The notes: generated by a model not told the origin, from the letters alone. 64,000 nt of DNA from Candidatus Latescibacterota bacterium (GCA_965237675.1 OZ250150.1:1408001-1472000), one strand, 5' to 3'. Counted from the first letter of the stretch, positions 36,633 through 47,444 are shown. Translations and numbers: made by a program.

Positions 36633-37268
36633 TCAGTCGAGACGGAGCGCGCCATGCGTCCCGGTTTTTTTATCCATGCGCCTTGCACAGAAGTATCCCC
36701 CGGTGCGCAATGATCGCAGGCCGCTGCGCCAACTCCCGGCGAAACCGCCTCTGTAGATCGCATGTACTTCTAGCACGGTAAAGGCCCCGTCGAAGAGCAT
36801 TGAATCCCGCCGATTGGCGTCCGCGCCGAGGCGCAGCAGGATGCGGCGCTTGCCGTCGTGGAGGCTTTCAAGAACGAGCACGCCAGGGGCCTCCGGATCC
36901 GTGCTGGCGGGATCACCGACCCGGTGCGCGCCCACGGCGCGGAGGTCGACGTCGGTAAAACCGTACAGAGGAGTCGACGCTGTTTTCAGCATCTCGAATC
37001 CCGGAGGCTGGCGGCGCAGGTTGAGAACGCCCTGTGCCCGACGAGCGTCGGCACCGTCGACCACCTGTATAAGGGTAAGGATATAGGTACCTTCCCGGCC
37101 GGCCAACGTCGCTCGGGCATTCAGGCGCCTGGAGGCGGGTTTGCAGAAAGGCGTCTGCGCCGCCGATTCAGAGAGTGCCTGTTTCCGCGGCCGCTCCACG
37201 GACAGGCACACGGTAAACAGAGCCAGAATGGCCATTGGTACGACTACAGTCCTGTTCAGTCTTGTCAT
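36633..37268 (-). CDS. Hypothetical secreted/membrane-anchored protein
   Basis: N-terminal hydrophobic stretch; start overlaps the stop of the giant gene (ATGA). Confidence 0.6.
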   Translation of the reverse strand: MTRLNRTVVVPMAILALFTVCLSVERPRKQALSESAAQTPFCKPASRRLNARATLAGREGTYILTLIQVVDGADARRAQGVLNLRRQPPGFEMLKTASTPLYGFTDVDLRAVGAHRVGDPASTDPEAPGVLVLESLHDGKRRILLRLGADANRRDSMLFDGAFTVLEVHAIYRGGFAGSWRSGLRSLRTGGYFCARRMDKKTGTHGALRLD

Positions 37269-40200
37269 TCGCTCTCCGAGACTCTGCGCAGATTCAGGAT
37301 GACGGGCCCAGGCCTATCGGGTCCGGCCTCGGGGTGCGTTATAACACAGTTGAGCAGGATCAGACCTTCAGATCCGGTTGCAATCTTGGAAGACGACGTG
37401 GAAGGCAACGTGTAGGCGTCCGCCTGTGTCGCGTCCACGGTGTAGCCTATATCGGCCAGCGACTGGATCGTGATCGCGCTGAGCGGATGCCGAACGACGT
37501 CTCCCACCCTGGGCGTCATCAGTTCGCTCTGCATCACCGATTCCCGCCAGTGGCCGTCCTGGCTGCCCGATCCGCCCCAGGTGTTCTCCACGGGCACCTT
37601 CGCGCCCATGTAGCTGGACCCGCCCGCGGCATTGAAAGCGGCAATTGCGTTCGCGCCCGAGAAATACGTATCCGGGGCGGGGACAATCGGATCGTCGTTC
37701 ATATCGAGGGAGGGGTCCTTCAACAGGTTGTGATCTATCCACGGTCCCAGACCGAATCCCAATGTGTGGCCCAATTCATGCAGGGCGAGGACTTCCAGTT
37801 CGTTGTTCGACATCGTCCTCAGGTCGTCCCGGTCGAGTGCGATTCCGGATGCGATCGGCAAAGAGGAAGGAACCCGCCAGACCAGGCGCCACGCCTGTCC
37901 GAGCGTGCCTCCGAAGCCGTCAATTTCGGTGACTTCTACGTAGACCAGGAGGTCATCAACAACCTCGGGGGCGGTGGTCCCCGGATAAAGCCCGTCAAGC
38001 AGACTGCGCCCTCTGGCTGACAGGCGGTGGTTGGGGATGTCCTGGGCGATAATACGCTCCCAACGCGCGACGGCATTCTCAAAGGCCAACTGAACCCTCC
38101 TGGCCGGTGTGCCGCCGGCGTAGACGAGGTCAATATTGAACGCGGGGGTCCCCGGTATCGTCGCCTCGGCTGCCGCGGAGCGTACGCCCGTCAGGCTGCC
38201 GCCGCAGGCCGCCCCGAGGTATCCGTAATCCGCCTCGTATGTGTTACCGGGCACGAAGAAATCGGAGACCAGGTCCTGCACCGTTAATGTGACGGAACTG
38301 GCGGTATTCTCATCGTTGGTTGCCGTGAGGCACCCTGTCGCCCACTGCCCGATTGGCTCCTCTTGCCGAATTCTGACCTCGTAGGCCCGGGTTTCATTAG
38401 CGGCGAAGTTATCAATGAATACGAGGGTGAAGAGATTTCCAGTGATGCTCAGGGTGGGCGCCGAGAGGGTCGGCGACTGGATATTGACGTCGAACGATTC
38501 CGTGGCGGATGCGCCCCATGGATCGCTCGCCGTTACTGTAATCCTCGCGCTGCCCACCGTGAGGGGATCGACCAATACCTCCGCATCGATCACCTGAACG
38601 GACGCGGCGGACGAGTTGCTCGAAGAAGCCGTGTAAGTCAGTCTGTCAAAGTCTGGGTCGCCGAAGACGTCGTCCGCGGACACGATCTCAACGACGCCCC
38701 CAACCGGGAGGGTCAGGTCGTCGAAGGCGCCGTCGGCAACCGGTGACTGATTGGGGATCGCTGCCTCGGCCGACGGAGACCACTCGCTCTCCCCTTCGTC
38801 GTTCTTCGCACGCACCTGCACTTCGTACGTTGCGTCTCTGTCCAGGCCCGTGATTTCCGTCTTCCAGTCCGGTTGAGTCCAGTCCGGCTCCGGGTCCGGG
38901 CTATGGGTTGTAAAATCGCCGGTATTCCCTATGCGATACTGGACATCCCAGTTGGTTATTGCCGGGCCGGTATTCGTCGGTTGTCGCCGGCCGGGGCTAA
39001 CCCCGATCCTGCGGTAAGATGCGTATGAGAGATCCAATATGGGCGCGGGAGGCCGTCCCGGCGGTTCGTCATCGTCGGTAACGGACACCTGGATCGTCTG
39101 TCGGGCGGTCCGTTTCCGAACTTCGATGCCGCTCTTCGCCGTGACCGCGACGACATACGTATTGCTGCTCACGGATGGACGTTCGAAATCGGGGGCGGTT
39201 ACGAAGGTCAGTACGCCATCGCCCGTGACTGCAAAATGCGTCTGTTGGGCGCCGCCGGTAATCTCGTAGCCGGTGATGTAGTCTCTGTCATCATCATCCG
39301 TGGCTATGACCGTGGCCACGCCGGTTTCATTTTCCTTTACGTCATACCTGCTGGCGCTGGTAAAGGTTGGCAACTGGTTGCCCGTGGCGTCGTCGATGAA
39401 CGTCACGTCCACGTCGTCGGCCGACACGTTCTGGTAGTCTCCGCCGCTGACCATGTGACTCAACGTGACCATATCGCTCGTCACCGCGCCGGTATCCGCG
39501 ATCACGGTCACCGTTTGGGACATGTCGTAGGTGTCGGCCGCGAACATCCGTTCCATGGGGTTCACCGAAACGTCGGAGCCCGCGGGCACATCCACCGTGA
39601 CCGTCACGTCCATCGTCGGCCGGGAGTTCAGAGCCATCGTATAGGTATTGCTGTCGCCCACGGCTACGGATAGCGCCGTCGGGTATATATTCACTTCCGG
39701 CAGCCCCGGGATGACTTCGAGCGGCAGGTCGTCGGACTTGACCAGCGCGTATCCATTGTCGTTCCCGGGAAGGGCCGGAAACGTGCCGATGTCAACCGTG
39801 ACAGCGGCGGACGTGCCCGTCGTACGGGTTAAAATGAGTATGTTGCTTTCCAGGCTGCCCTGGGAGATTTCAATGCTGCCTGCGCCGCCATCGATGGCGC
39901 CATTGACTATGTCGACTGGCAGGATCATATCAAAGGGTGCGCCGGTGTGCACTGTGGCCTTGAATAGGCCAGACCCGACCCGTTCCAGCGATACATTGAC
40001 GGGCAGAGGGTCAACCGTGTTGTTCTCAAAGTTTAGCGTTGTCAGCGAGTTGAGCCCTGAAAATATGCCATCGGGAAGGCTGCTCAGGCTGTTGTCGTCC
40101 ATCCGGAGCGTTTCCAGGTCGGTCAACCCGGAGAAGAGCCCTGCGTCCAGGCCGCTGATATCGTTGTGTTCCAGCCGTAGCGTTGTCAACGCGGTGAGGC

Positions 40201-43200
40201 CGGAGAATATATCGGCGTCCAGGCTGCTGAGTTCGTAGCCGGATTGCTGTTCGTAAAGATGGAGCGTTTCCAGCGATGACAGACCGGTAAATATATCCTC
40301 TGGCAGGCTGCTGAGTTGGTTTTTGCTCAGGTCGAGGCCTTCCAGTTTCGTCAGGTTTGAGAAGACAGTCTGCGGCAGACTGCTGAGTTCGTTGCCGTCC
40401 AGATCGAGGCCTTCCAGCGCCGAGAGGTTGGAGAATATGTTTGCGTCCAGACTGCTGAGTTGGTTTCCGTCCAGGTCGAGGCCCTCCAGTGCCGTGAGGC
40501 TGGAGAAGATATTTGCATCCAGGCTGCTGAGTTTGTTGCCGTTCAGGTCGAGGATTCTCAGCGCCGAAAGGTTGGAGAAGACACTCGCATCCAGGCTGCT
40601 GAGCTCGTTGCCGTCCAGATCGAGGCCTTCCAGCGCCGAGAGGCTGGAGAAGGTACTCGCATCCAGGCTGCTGAGTTCATTACCGTCCAGGTCGAGGATT
40701 CTCAGCGCCGCGAGGTTGGAGAAGACATTCTGCGGCAGGCTGTTGAGCTCGATGCCGTTCAGATCGAGGGCTTCCACCGCCGAGAGGTCGGAGAACAGAT
40801 CTGTATGCAGGCTGTCGAGGTGGTTGCCGTCCAGCAAAAGGATTCTCAGGTCTGACAGACTCGAAAAGAGATTCGCGTTGAGGCTCGAGAGATCGTTGTC
40901 ACGGAGGGAAAGCGTTTCCAGTGCTGACAGCGCGGAGAAGAGGTCCTGCGGCAGACTGCTGATCTGGTTGTCTCTCAAAAAGAGTGTCTCCAGAGCCGTC
41001 AGCCCTGTAAAGTCATTGGCCTTCAGCGTTGAGATGTTCTTCTCGCTCAGCGAGAGCCGGGTGATTGCCGACAAATGGTCCCCGGTTACCTCGCCGCACG
41101 TGCTTACCCCTGCCGCATCCATGATCGCGTCGCGCACCTGCTGGGTGCGGACGCAGACGTTCAAAGTCTGGTCCTGAGTGTTGTTTCTGACCGTCAGGTT
41201 TGTGAGCGCGATGGCGGGGTTCTGCGCCAGGTCTTGGATCGGATTGGTCCCCGGCGTGTAGGCCAGCGTCACCGTCTGTCCGGGCGTTACGACGGGGTCG
41301 AGGGTGAGCGCCACGTCGCTGGTGTGGATCGTAACCGCAGTGACGCCAAGTGTCGAGTCGTCCGCCGTCACGGTAAAGTCCCCCGCTGCCGGCCTGGGAT
41401 CTCCGTCGAGTCCCTCGCCGAAGGTCAGCGTCAACTCGTCTTCCTTCACTTCGGTGTCGGTAAGCGGAGGGGCAATGCCGTCGACCTTTTGGTTCGAGAC
41501 ATTGTTGCGTGCAGGGTGGGCAAGGTCTGCGTTCACGGCAACGTTGTTCTTGAGGATGTAGATGCGGCCGTTGTTCAGCTTCAGGCCGTTTTCGTTGATG
41601 GTCGCGCCGTCTTTGTCCTCGTCGGTTTCGGCTACCTTGTATTGGAACAATAGCCGGGTTGTGGTTGAGCCGCTTTCGTAGTCGGCCTTGCGCTCGGCGG
41701 TGCCAATCGTCAGGTCGACCTGGGGCGCGCCTGTGACGGTCACCGCTTCGCTGAAGGTCGCGGTCACGTCTATCACGTCGTCCCGCTTGTAGGCGCCGTT
41801 CTGCCCCGTGGCCGGCGTGGAGGTGAACGCGACGCTTGAAACGGTGGGCGCGGTGAGCGTCGTTCCGTTCGCCCGTCCGGACCTCGGTCCCTTGCCTTCA
41901 TCGTTCCTGGCCTGCACCTGGATCTGGTAGGTTCGACCCGAGCGCAGGCCGGTGATCGTGCGCGTCCGGGTCAGTCCACTGTCCGGCGAGTCGATGAACG
42001 CGCCGCTCTCGCGGTATTGCAGAAAATAGTTCGTAATGGCGGGACCGGGGTTGTCCGGCTCGACCCAACTCACCGTCAGACTGCTTTCCGTTTCGTCGCT
42101 CACCGTCGGGGGATCCGGTTCGCGCGGCGGTTCGACGTCGTCCTCCACGGTAACGGTTATGGACTGCGTTGCCGTCAGCTCCCTTGTATCCGCCCCGCCC
42201 GTCACCTCAACCACAACGATGTATTCGTTGTTCCCTCCGGAGTCCGCCGGCCGCTCGAAGTCAGGTTTATTCTTGAAGTGCAACTCCCTGGTGTTCTCGA
42301 TCTCGAACCGATCTCCGTCAAGCCCGGCGTTGACCTCGTAGCCCGTGATCCCGTCGTCTCTATCCACGTCGTCCGCGGCCATCCTGGCTGCCAGAAGGAC
42401 GTTTTCCGTAACCGTGAAGGTATCCACACTGGTGAAACGGGGCGGTTCGTTCTCGTCCGTGACGGTGACGGTAAAGTTCTGCTCGGCGGTCAGCGCGCCT
42501 GTGCCGTTGATGTCGAACTTGCCGCGGTCGCCGCCTCCGGTAAGGGTGTAATCCGTGATGGCGTCGTCGCGGTCGAGGTCCTCGGCGGCGACCGTTCCGG
42601 CGAAGGACTGGTTCTCCGACGCCTCGAGCGTCGCCTCGCTGGTAAACGCGGGAACTTCGTTCACGTCGGTCAGGTCGATGGACACGGGGATGCTGCGGTC
42701 GCCGCCGTGTCCGTCTGTTGCTTTCACTTTTACGGAAAAGCTGGACTGTGTCTCATAGTCATATGTCTTCCCCGTCCGGGTGCGCAACTGCCCGCTGCGC
42801 GTGTCGATGGAGAAGGAATCCGGGTGCGTGCCTTCAAGGGCGTAGGTCAGCGTTGTGTTCTCCGGGTCGGTGGCGCCCACCGGATCGCCGACATTATGCA
42901 CGCCCGTGGTGTTCTCGGCCAGCGCGCGCGTGGCGCTGGATCCATCGGTGAATATCGGCAGCTGATTCGGGTTGGTTCTTCCCTCGCCGGACTCCGACCA
43001 CGAACTCGCGCCTTCGTCGTTGCGCGCCAGCACCTGCACCTGGTGGGTGGTGTCCGGTGTCAGGCCCGTGATGGTCGTCGTACGTTCCGCGCTGTTGAAG
43101 CGCCACGAGGTGAACCCGCCGGTGTCTCCTTCCCGGTATTGGACGTCGTAGTCGCTGATGTCCGGACCGGTGTTGACCGGCTCGTTCCATGTCACGTCCA

Positions 43201-43903
43201 GCCGGGTCGACGAGGCCGGGACAACACCCGGCGCCGCGGGTGCCTCCGGCGGTTCGCGTTCATCGATCAGGTTGACGGTCACCGCAATGGTGTTGCTGCC
43301 GCCCTGGCCGTCTTCGACGCGAACCGTCACGTCGTAGCTGGGCTTCTCCTCAAAGTCGTAGGTGAGGCCCGCTCGTGTCTGAAGCTGGTCGCCATCCAGC
43401 GCGAAGGAGGCCTGATCCGTACCTTCAAGGTCGTAGTTCAATGTCCCTCCATCGCTGTCCCTCGCGGTTATCGGGTTACCGATATCATCTGTGCCCGTGG
43501 TATTCTCGGCAAGACTGCGCGTGGTGCGCGTGCCCTCGTTGAACGTCGGCGCCCGGTTGGCGACGGTTCTCACATCAACCGACTCGGACCAGGGGCTTGC
43601 GCCTTCGTCGCTGCGTGCCAGCACCTGCACTGCGTAGGGCGTGTTGGCCTTCAAGCCCGTGATGGTCGTGGTCGTGCCGGGACCCGTGTGCGGCCACTCG
43701 GTAAAGGCGCCGCCGTCCTCACTGTACTGCACGTCGTAGTCGTTGATGTCGGGACCGGTGTTGGCCGGGGCCGTCCACCGAATGGAAAGACTGTTCAACG
43801 TCGAGGCCGTGACCGTCGGCTTGTCGGGTGTCTCCGGCCGTTCGTTGTCGTCGTCGGTGACGTCAATGGTCACGGAAATGGTTGAGTGTCCTCCCTGTTC
43901 GTC
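37265..43903 (-). CDS. Giant surface protein, C-terminal part: FN3, cadherin, LRR, Ig-like and zinc metallopeptidase (M8 leishmanolysin-like) domains
   Basis: YDVQY...VQVLARNDEG FN3 repeats; YDFE cadherin motifs; HELGHTLGFG and GHWRESV; in frame with the upstream ORF across a TAG. Confidence 0.88.
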   Translation of the reverse strand, partial: DEQGGHSTISVTIDVTDDDNERPETPDKPTVTASTLNSLSIRWTAPANTGPDINDYDVQYSEDGGAFTEWPHTGPGTTTTITGLKANTPYAVQVLARSDEGASPWSESVDVRTVANRAPTFNEGTRTTRSLAENTTGTDDIGNPITARDSDGGTLNYDLEGTDQASFALDGDQLQTRAGLTYDFEEKPSYDVTVRVEDGQGGSNTIAVTVNLIDEREPPEAPAAPGVVPASSTRLDVTWNEPVNTGPDISDYDVQYREGDTGGFTSWRFNSAERTTTITGLTPDTTHQVQVLARNDEGASSWSESGEGRTNPNQLPIFTDGSSATRALAENTTGVHNVGDPVGATDPENTTLTYALEGTHPDSFSIDTRSGQLRTRTGKTYDYETQSSFSVKVKATDGHGGDRSIPVSIDLTDVNEVPAFTSEATLEASENQSFAGTVAAEDLDRDDAITDYTLTGGGDRGKFDINGTGALTAEQNFTVTVTDENEPPRFTSVDTFTVTENVLLAARMAADDVDRDDGITGYEVNAGLDGDRFEIENTRELHFKNKPDFERPADSGGNNEYIVVVEVTGGADTRELTATQSITVTVEDDVEPPREPDPPTVSDETESSLTVSWVEPDNPGPAITNYFLQYRESGAFIDSPDSGLTRTRTITGLRSGRTYQIQVQARNDEGKGPRSGRANGTTLTAPTVSSVAFTSTPATGQNGAYKRDDVIDVTATFSEAVTVTGAPQVDLTIGTAERKADYESGSTTTRLLFQYKVAETDEDKDGATINENGLKLNNGRIYILKNNVAVNADLAHPARNNVSNQKVDGIAPPLTDTEVKEDELTLTFGEGLDGDPRPAAGDFTVTADDSTLGVTAVTIHTSDVALTLDPVVTPGQTVTLAYTPGTNPIQDLAQNPAIALTNLTVRNNTQDQTLNVCVRTQQVRDAIMDAAGVSTCGEVTGDHLSAITRLSLSEKNISTLKANDFTGLTALETLFLRDNQISSLPQDLFSALSALETLSLRDNDLSSLNANLFSSLSDLRILLLDGNHLDSLHTDLFSDLSAVEALDLNGIELNSLPQNVFSNLAALRILDLDGNELSSLDASTFSSLSALEGLDLDGNELSSLDASVFSNLSALRILDLNGNKLSSLDANIFSSLTALEGLDLDGNQLSSLDANIFSNLSALEGLDLDGNELSSLPQTVFSNLTKLEGLDLSKNQLSSLPEDIFTGLSSLETLHLYEQQSGYELSSLDADIFSGLTALTTLRLEHNDISGLDAGLFSGLTDLETLRMDDNSLSSLPDGIFSGLNSLTTLNFENNTVDPLPVNVSLERVGSGLFKATVHTGAPFDMILPVDIVNGAIDGGAGSIEISQGSLESNILILTRTTGTSAAVTVDIGTFPALPGNDNGYALVKSDDLPLEVIPGLPEVNIYPTALSVAVGDSNTYTMALNSRPTMDVTVTVDVPAGSDVSVNPMERMFAADTYDMSQTVTVIADTGAVTSDMVTLSHMVSGGDYQNVSADDVDVTFIDDATGNQLPTFTSASRYDVKENETGVATVIATDDDDRDYITGYEITGGAQQTHFAVTGDGVLTFVTAPDFERPSVSSNTYVVAVTAKSGIEVRKRTARQTIQVSVTDDDEPPGRPPAPILDLSYASYRRIGVSPGRRQPTNTGPAITNWDVQYRIGNTGDFTTHSPDPEPDWTQPDWKTEITGLDRDATYEVQVRAKNDEGESEWSPSAEAAIPNQSPVADGAFDDLTLPVGGVVEIVSADDVFGDPDFDRLTYTASSSNSSAASVQVIDAEVLVDPLTVGSARITVTASDPWGASATESFDVNIQSPTLSAPTLSITGNLFTLVFIDNFAANETRAYEVRIRQEEPIGQWATGCLTATNDENTASSVTLTVQDLVSDFFVPGNTYEADYGYLGAACGGSLTGVRSAAAEATIPGTPAFNIDLVYAGGTPARRVQLAFENAVARWERIIAQDIPNHRLSARGRSLLDGLYPGTTAPEVVDDLLVYVEVTEIDGFGGTLGQAWRLVWRVPSSLPIASGIALDRDDLRTMSNNELEVLALHELGHTLGFGLGPWIDHNLLKDPSLDMNDDPIVPAPDTYFSGANAIAAFNAAGGSSYMGAKVPVENTWGGSGSQDGHWRESVMQSELMTPRVGDVVRHPLSAITIQSLADIGYTVDATQADAYTLPSTSSSKIATGSEGLILLNCVITHPEAGPDRPGPVILNLRRVSESE
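40020..41070 (-). repeat. Leucine-rich repeat array, ~14 units of 72 nt
   Basis: 24-aa unit LEGLDLDGNELSSLDASVFSNLSA. Confidence 0.9.
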
Positions 43904-46429
43904 CTATGCCTCTACCCTCACCGTATAGCGATCCTTTGTTTCGAAATCGTAGGTGACACCCGTCCTGGTCTTCAGTTGACCGGTGTTCGGGTCGATGGCA
44001 AAACTCTCCGTATCCCCGCGGTCGAAGCGGTAACTCACTGCGCTACCTTCCGGATCGGTTGCCGTGACTGAGCCGCCGATGTTTCGATCGGACGGTGTGT
44101 TCTCGCCGAGGCTGCGCGTGGTGCTTCCTCCCTCGTCGAACACCGGCGGCAGATTGGCGCTGGTCGTCCCGAAGCCCGAAGGGGACCAGAGGCTCTCACC
44201 TTCGTCGTTGTGCGCGCGCACCTGCACCTCGTACCGCTTGTTCACGTCCAGGTCCGTGATCGTCGCGGTCGTGCCGGTGTTGTTGTGCGGCCACGGATCG
44301 AAGTTACCGCTGCCCGTCCGATACTGTACGTCGTAATCGAATATGTCCGGGCCGGTGTTGGCCGGCACGTCCCACGTCACCGTCAGGCTGGTGGATGAAG
44401 CCGGCTGGACCCGCGGCCTGTCAGGGACGTTGGGCGGTTCGTCGACGTCGGAAATGTGGATGGTGACGTCAATGGTGGCGTTGCCACCGTAAGGGTCGTC
44501 GGCTTCCAGGTCAACTGCATAACGGTCGTTATCCTCGAAGTCATACGTGACCCCCGACAGGGTGCGCAACTGGCCGCTGCCCGTGTCCACGGCGAAGCTG
44601 GCGGAATCCGGGCCCGTGAGATTATACGTCAGCCGGTGTCCGTCCGGATCGGTGGCGCGTACCGGATGCTGTATGGGCTGCCGCGCCCGGGTGTTCTCGG
44701 GCACGGTGCGTGAGGTGTTGGCCCCGTCGTCGAAGGTCGGGGATCTGTTGTTCGCTGGTGGGGGAGGGGGTGGCGGTGGCGGCGGAGGGCGAAACGGCCC
44801 GATCGGCCCGACGGGTCCGGGCGGCGGCGGCGGTGGCGGCGGTGACGTCACGACAACGGGGATGGTCGTCTGCGCGGTGTTGCCGTACGTGTCGCTGGCA
44901 GTTGCGGTGATGGTCGCGCGCCCCACGGCAACGGCGCGCACCGTCGCCATCGAATCCGACACAGTGACCGTGGCGATGGCGTCATTGGACGATGCCGCGC
45001 CGTACGTCAACGTCCCCAGCGCCGGTCGGGTGAACAGGCTTGCGACGTTCACCCGAAGGTCGCTGCCCAGGATCACCGACTGATCGCCGATGATGCCCAA
45101 CGCTCTCGGCCCGACCGTGGGCGCGCCGACAAAGGGTTCCGACCATTCGCTTGCGCCCTCGTCGTTCAACGTGCGCACCCGCACGTGATACGGTTGTTCG
45201 TTGGCCAGACCGGTCAGCGTGACGCTGGTATCCGCGCGGCTGCTCTGGAAGAGCCCCTCGAGCCAATCCTCGCTATCCACCGGCCGATACGCCACTTCAT
45301 ACCCGCTCACCGGGGGCTTGCCGGCTTCGTCGAGCGCCGCATTCCAGGTCACGGTCAATGCGGTGTCGCGCGGCGCGACCACCACCCCCGCAGGCGGCGC
45401 GCCGGGCGGTTCATCGACGTCCGTGACAGATACGCCAACGACAACGGTGGCGCGGCCCCCCTGCCCGTCGTTGACGCGCACGGTGACGGAGTACGTATCC
45501 CTGCCTTCGTGGTCGTAGTCGATTCCGTCCTTTGTGATAAGCTGACCCGTGCCCGCCTCAATGGAAAAACGGTCCGCATACAGGCCGCGCAGGCGGTAGG
45601 TGAGGGAGTCGCCATCGGCGTCATTGGCGGAGACGGGATCGCCGATGGGCTGATCCGCCGGTGGGTTCTCTTCCACGGAGCGCGTGACCGGAGGGGCGGC
45701 GGCGAACGCGGGTGCGCGGTTGGCTGTTTCGCCAAAGCTCGTGGCGAAGATTACGAAATCGTCGAAGGCGATCATGCCGTCGTTGTTCAGGTCGTATGCC
45801 GCCACGTATTTCCGATCCACCTTCCGGGCACCGAACGCGCCGGCAAAGGCCACAAAGTCGGAAAACCCCACAAGTCCGTTGCCGTCGAAGTCCGGCGAAG
45901 GCGGCGCGGAGATCTGTAGAGCCACGCCGAGGGCGGGCGATATTGTCTCGACCTGTCCGCCCCGGACAAGCTCAGCGTGCACCAGCCAGATCTCCGTGTC
46001 TGAAAACGAAGCCGTTGAGCGGAAACGCATCGTACCGACCCAACCGGCGTTCTTCGTTGTCGATCCACTCAAGGACGAAACGCCGATACGGATGGACGTG
46101 GAATCCTGCCTTACAAGCACATGGGCGCTGGGCAGCGCGTTGCCCGCATCGAACCCCTCGTAGACAAGCTGGGTGGTGTCGTATGTGAAGCGCGTGGAAA
46201 TACTGCTCGAGTTCTGAATATCTGCGCCGAAAATCTGAGCGGAAACAGTCTGTTCGGGCGAGACATCGAGTGACGAGACGGCCTGGTTGCCGTCGGCATC
46301 ATCCAGGTCCAGGGCGAGGGTAAAGCCGCTGGGTTGCGTGGATGGCGACCACGGGAAGATGAACAACGCCAGGCACAGGAGGCCGGAGACGCCAAGCGCA
46401 AGGGTGGATGATTTAAAATGGCGTTTCAT
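43904..46429 (-). CDS. Giant surface protein, N-terminal part: signal peptide, cohesin-like, dockerin/EF-hand pair, cadherin, FN3, poly-Pro
   Basis: PDFDGNGLVGFSDF and YDLNNDGMIAFDDF; poly-Pro at ~44755-44845; stops mid-cadherin at TAG 43904-43906. Confidence 0.88.
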   Translation of the reverse strand: MKRHFKSSTLALGVSGLLCLALFIFPWSPSTQPSGFTLALDLDDADGNQAVSSLDVSPEQTVSAQIFGADIQNSSSISTRFTYDTTQLVYEGFDAGNALPSAHVLVRQDSTSIRIGVSSLSGSTTKNAGWVGTMRFRSTASFSDTEIWLVHAELVRGGQVETISPALGVALQISAPPSPDFDGNGLVGFSDFVAFAGAFGARKVDRKYVAAYDLNNDGMIAFDDFVIFATSFGETANRAPAFAAAPPVTRSVEENPPADQPIGDPVSANDADGDSLTYRLRGLYADRFSIEAGTGQLITKDGIDYDHEGRDTYSVTVRVNDGQGGRATVVVGVSVTDVDEPPGAPPAGVVVAPRDTALTVTWNAALDEAGKPPVSGYEVAYRPVDSEDWLEGLFQSSRADTSVTLTGLANEQPYHVRVRTLNDEGASEWSEPFVGAPTVGPRALGIIGDQSVILGSDLRVNVASLFTRPALGTLTYGAASSNDAIATVTVSDSMATVRAVAVGRATITATASDTYGNTAQTTIPVVVTSPPPPPPPPGPVGPIGPFRPPPPPPPPPPPANNRSPTFDDGANTSRTVPENTRARQPIQHPVRATDPDGHRLTYNLTGPDSASFAVDTGSGQLRTLSGVTYDFEDNDRYAVDLEADDPYGGNATIDVTIHISDVDEPPNVPDRPRVQPASSTSLTVTWDVPANTGPDIFDYDVQYRTGSGNFDPWPHNNTGTTATITDLDVNKRYEVQVRAHNDEGESLWSPSGFGTTSANLPPVFDEGGSTTRSLGENTPSDRNIGGSVTATDPEGSAVSYRFDRGDTESFAIDPNTGQLKTRTGVTYDFETKDRYTVRVEA

Positions 46430-47444
46430 TGTGGCAATTCGTACGTGAATTAGAAATGAAGTCAACCGCGATCGGAGATCAACCCAGGAGTGAAGGACTG
46501 GCAATCGCGGCTTTCTCGCCTCGTAGTCGACCCCGTGCGGCCGGCTGGATGCTTCAACGTCGGGCGGGCGCCTGATGGACTTCGTTACGATTCAGTCGGC
46601 AACCCAACCGTTTTCGAACTCTGTTGAATCATCCACAAACCATTTTGTCCGACCATTCCGTCGAGCCCTGACTCAGGACCACAATACGATACACGCGCGA
46701 ACTGTGTCCGTCAGCGGCTTCCCGTCGTCACCCATCCCATATGTAGCAAAATACGACATTTGGGCAATATTGCAAAATTCCACCATTGACTTATTACGAT
46801 CCTTCCTATAACTATATTAAAAAATGTATAGTTGCAGGATTTCTTCCACATGCGCTTTTTCTCCGTACCGGGTTTGCATGTTGCAACCCGGTCTTGATCT
46901 CCGAGAACTCCACAGGGCTCCCACATTGTGCCCTGCCCGTTCATCATGAACGAGTTGGCCCGCTCATTTCAAGAGTTGGACCGAATTTCCATATAGGAAG
47001 ACCCTATATGGTCTCACCAGACGCGCTTCATTTTACCCGGTACTCCATAAGCCGTTTCGGGGCCGGAAATTACCTTCGCAGCACGCATACCCGTGGGCGA
47101 CGGGGAGATTTTTTTGGGCGGTAATTGTCGACACCCGGATATGGAACGCGATGAATCGCATGCGCATTTAAATTCACCCGGGAAATTGCCGTTTTTTTTT
47201 TTGGAAAAGAAATCCAGATATGCCCTTGTGTACATGCGAAATGGACTTATATTCTATATTAAGCATAAGCAGGTCGGCTCATTCGAACGCTGAAGCCGGG
47301 AGGTTCGTTGTTTAGTTCGTGATCTTCATTATATATATGTTAACGAGTCAGGGGCCAATTGGGACGGGCGCGTTTTTTGCGCGCGTTGCTTACAGCTTTC
47401 TGGCTCTTTTTCGCTGGCAATCCACAACATTGGGAGGGTTCGCT

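Noticed and set aside
40020-41070. 72-bp periodic repeats as a CRISPR array or DGR template
   Set aside because: They encode in-frame LRRs, with no unique spacers, cas genes or reverse transcriptase.
46505-47440. Riboswitch or sRNA in the long divergent intergenic region
   Set aside because: No motif recognised; TTGACT/TATAAC at 46786 has only a 15-bp spacer.
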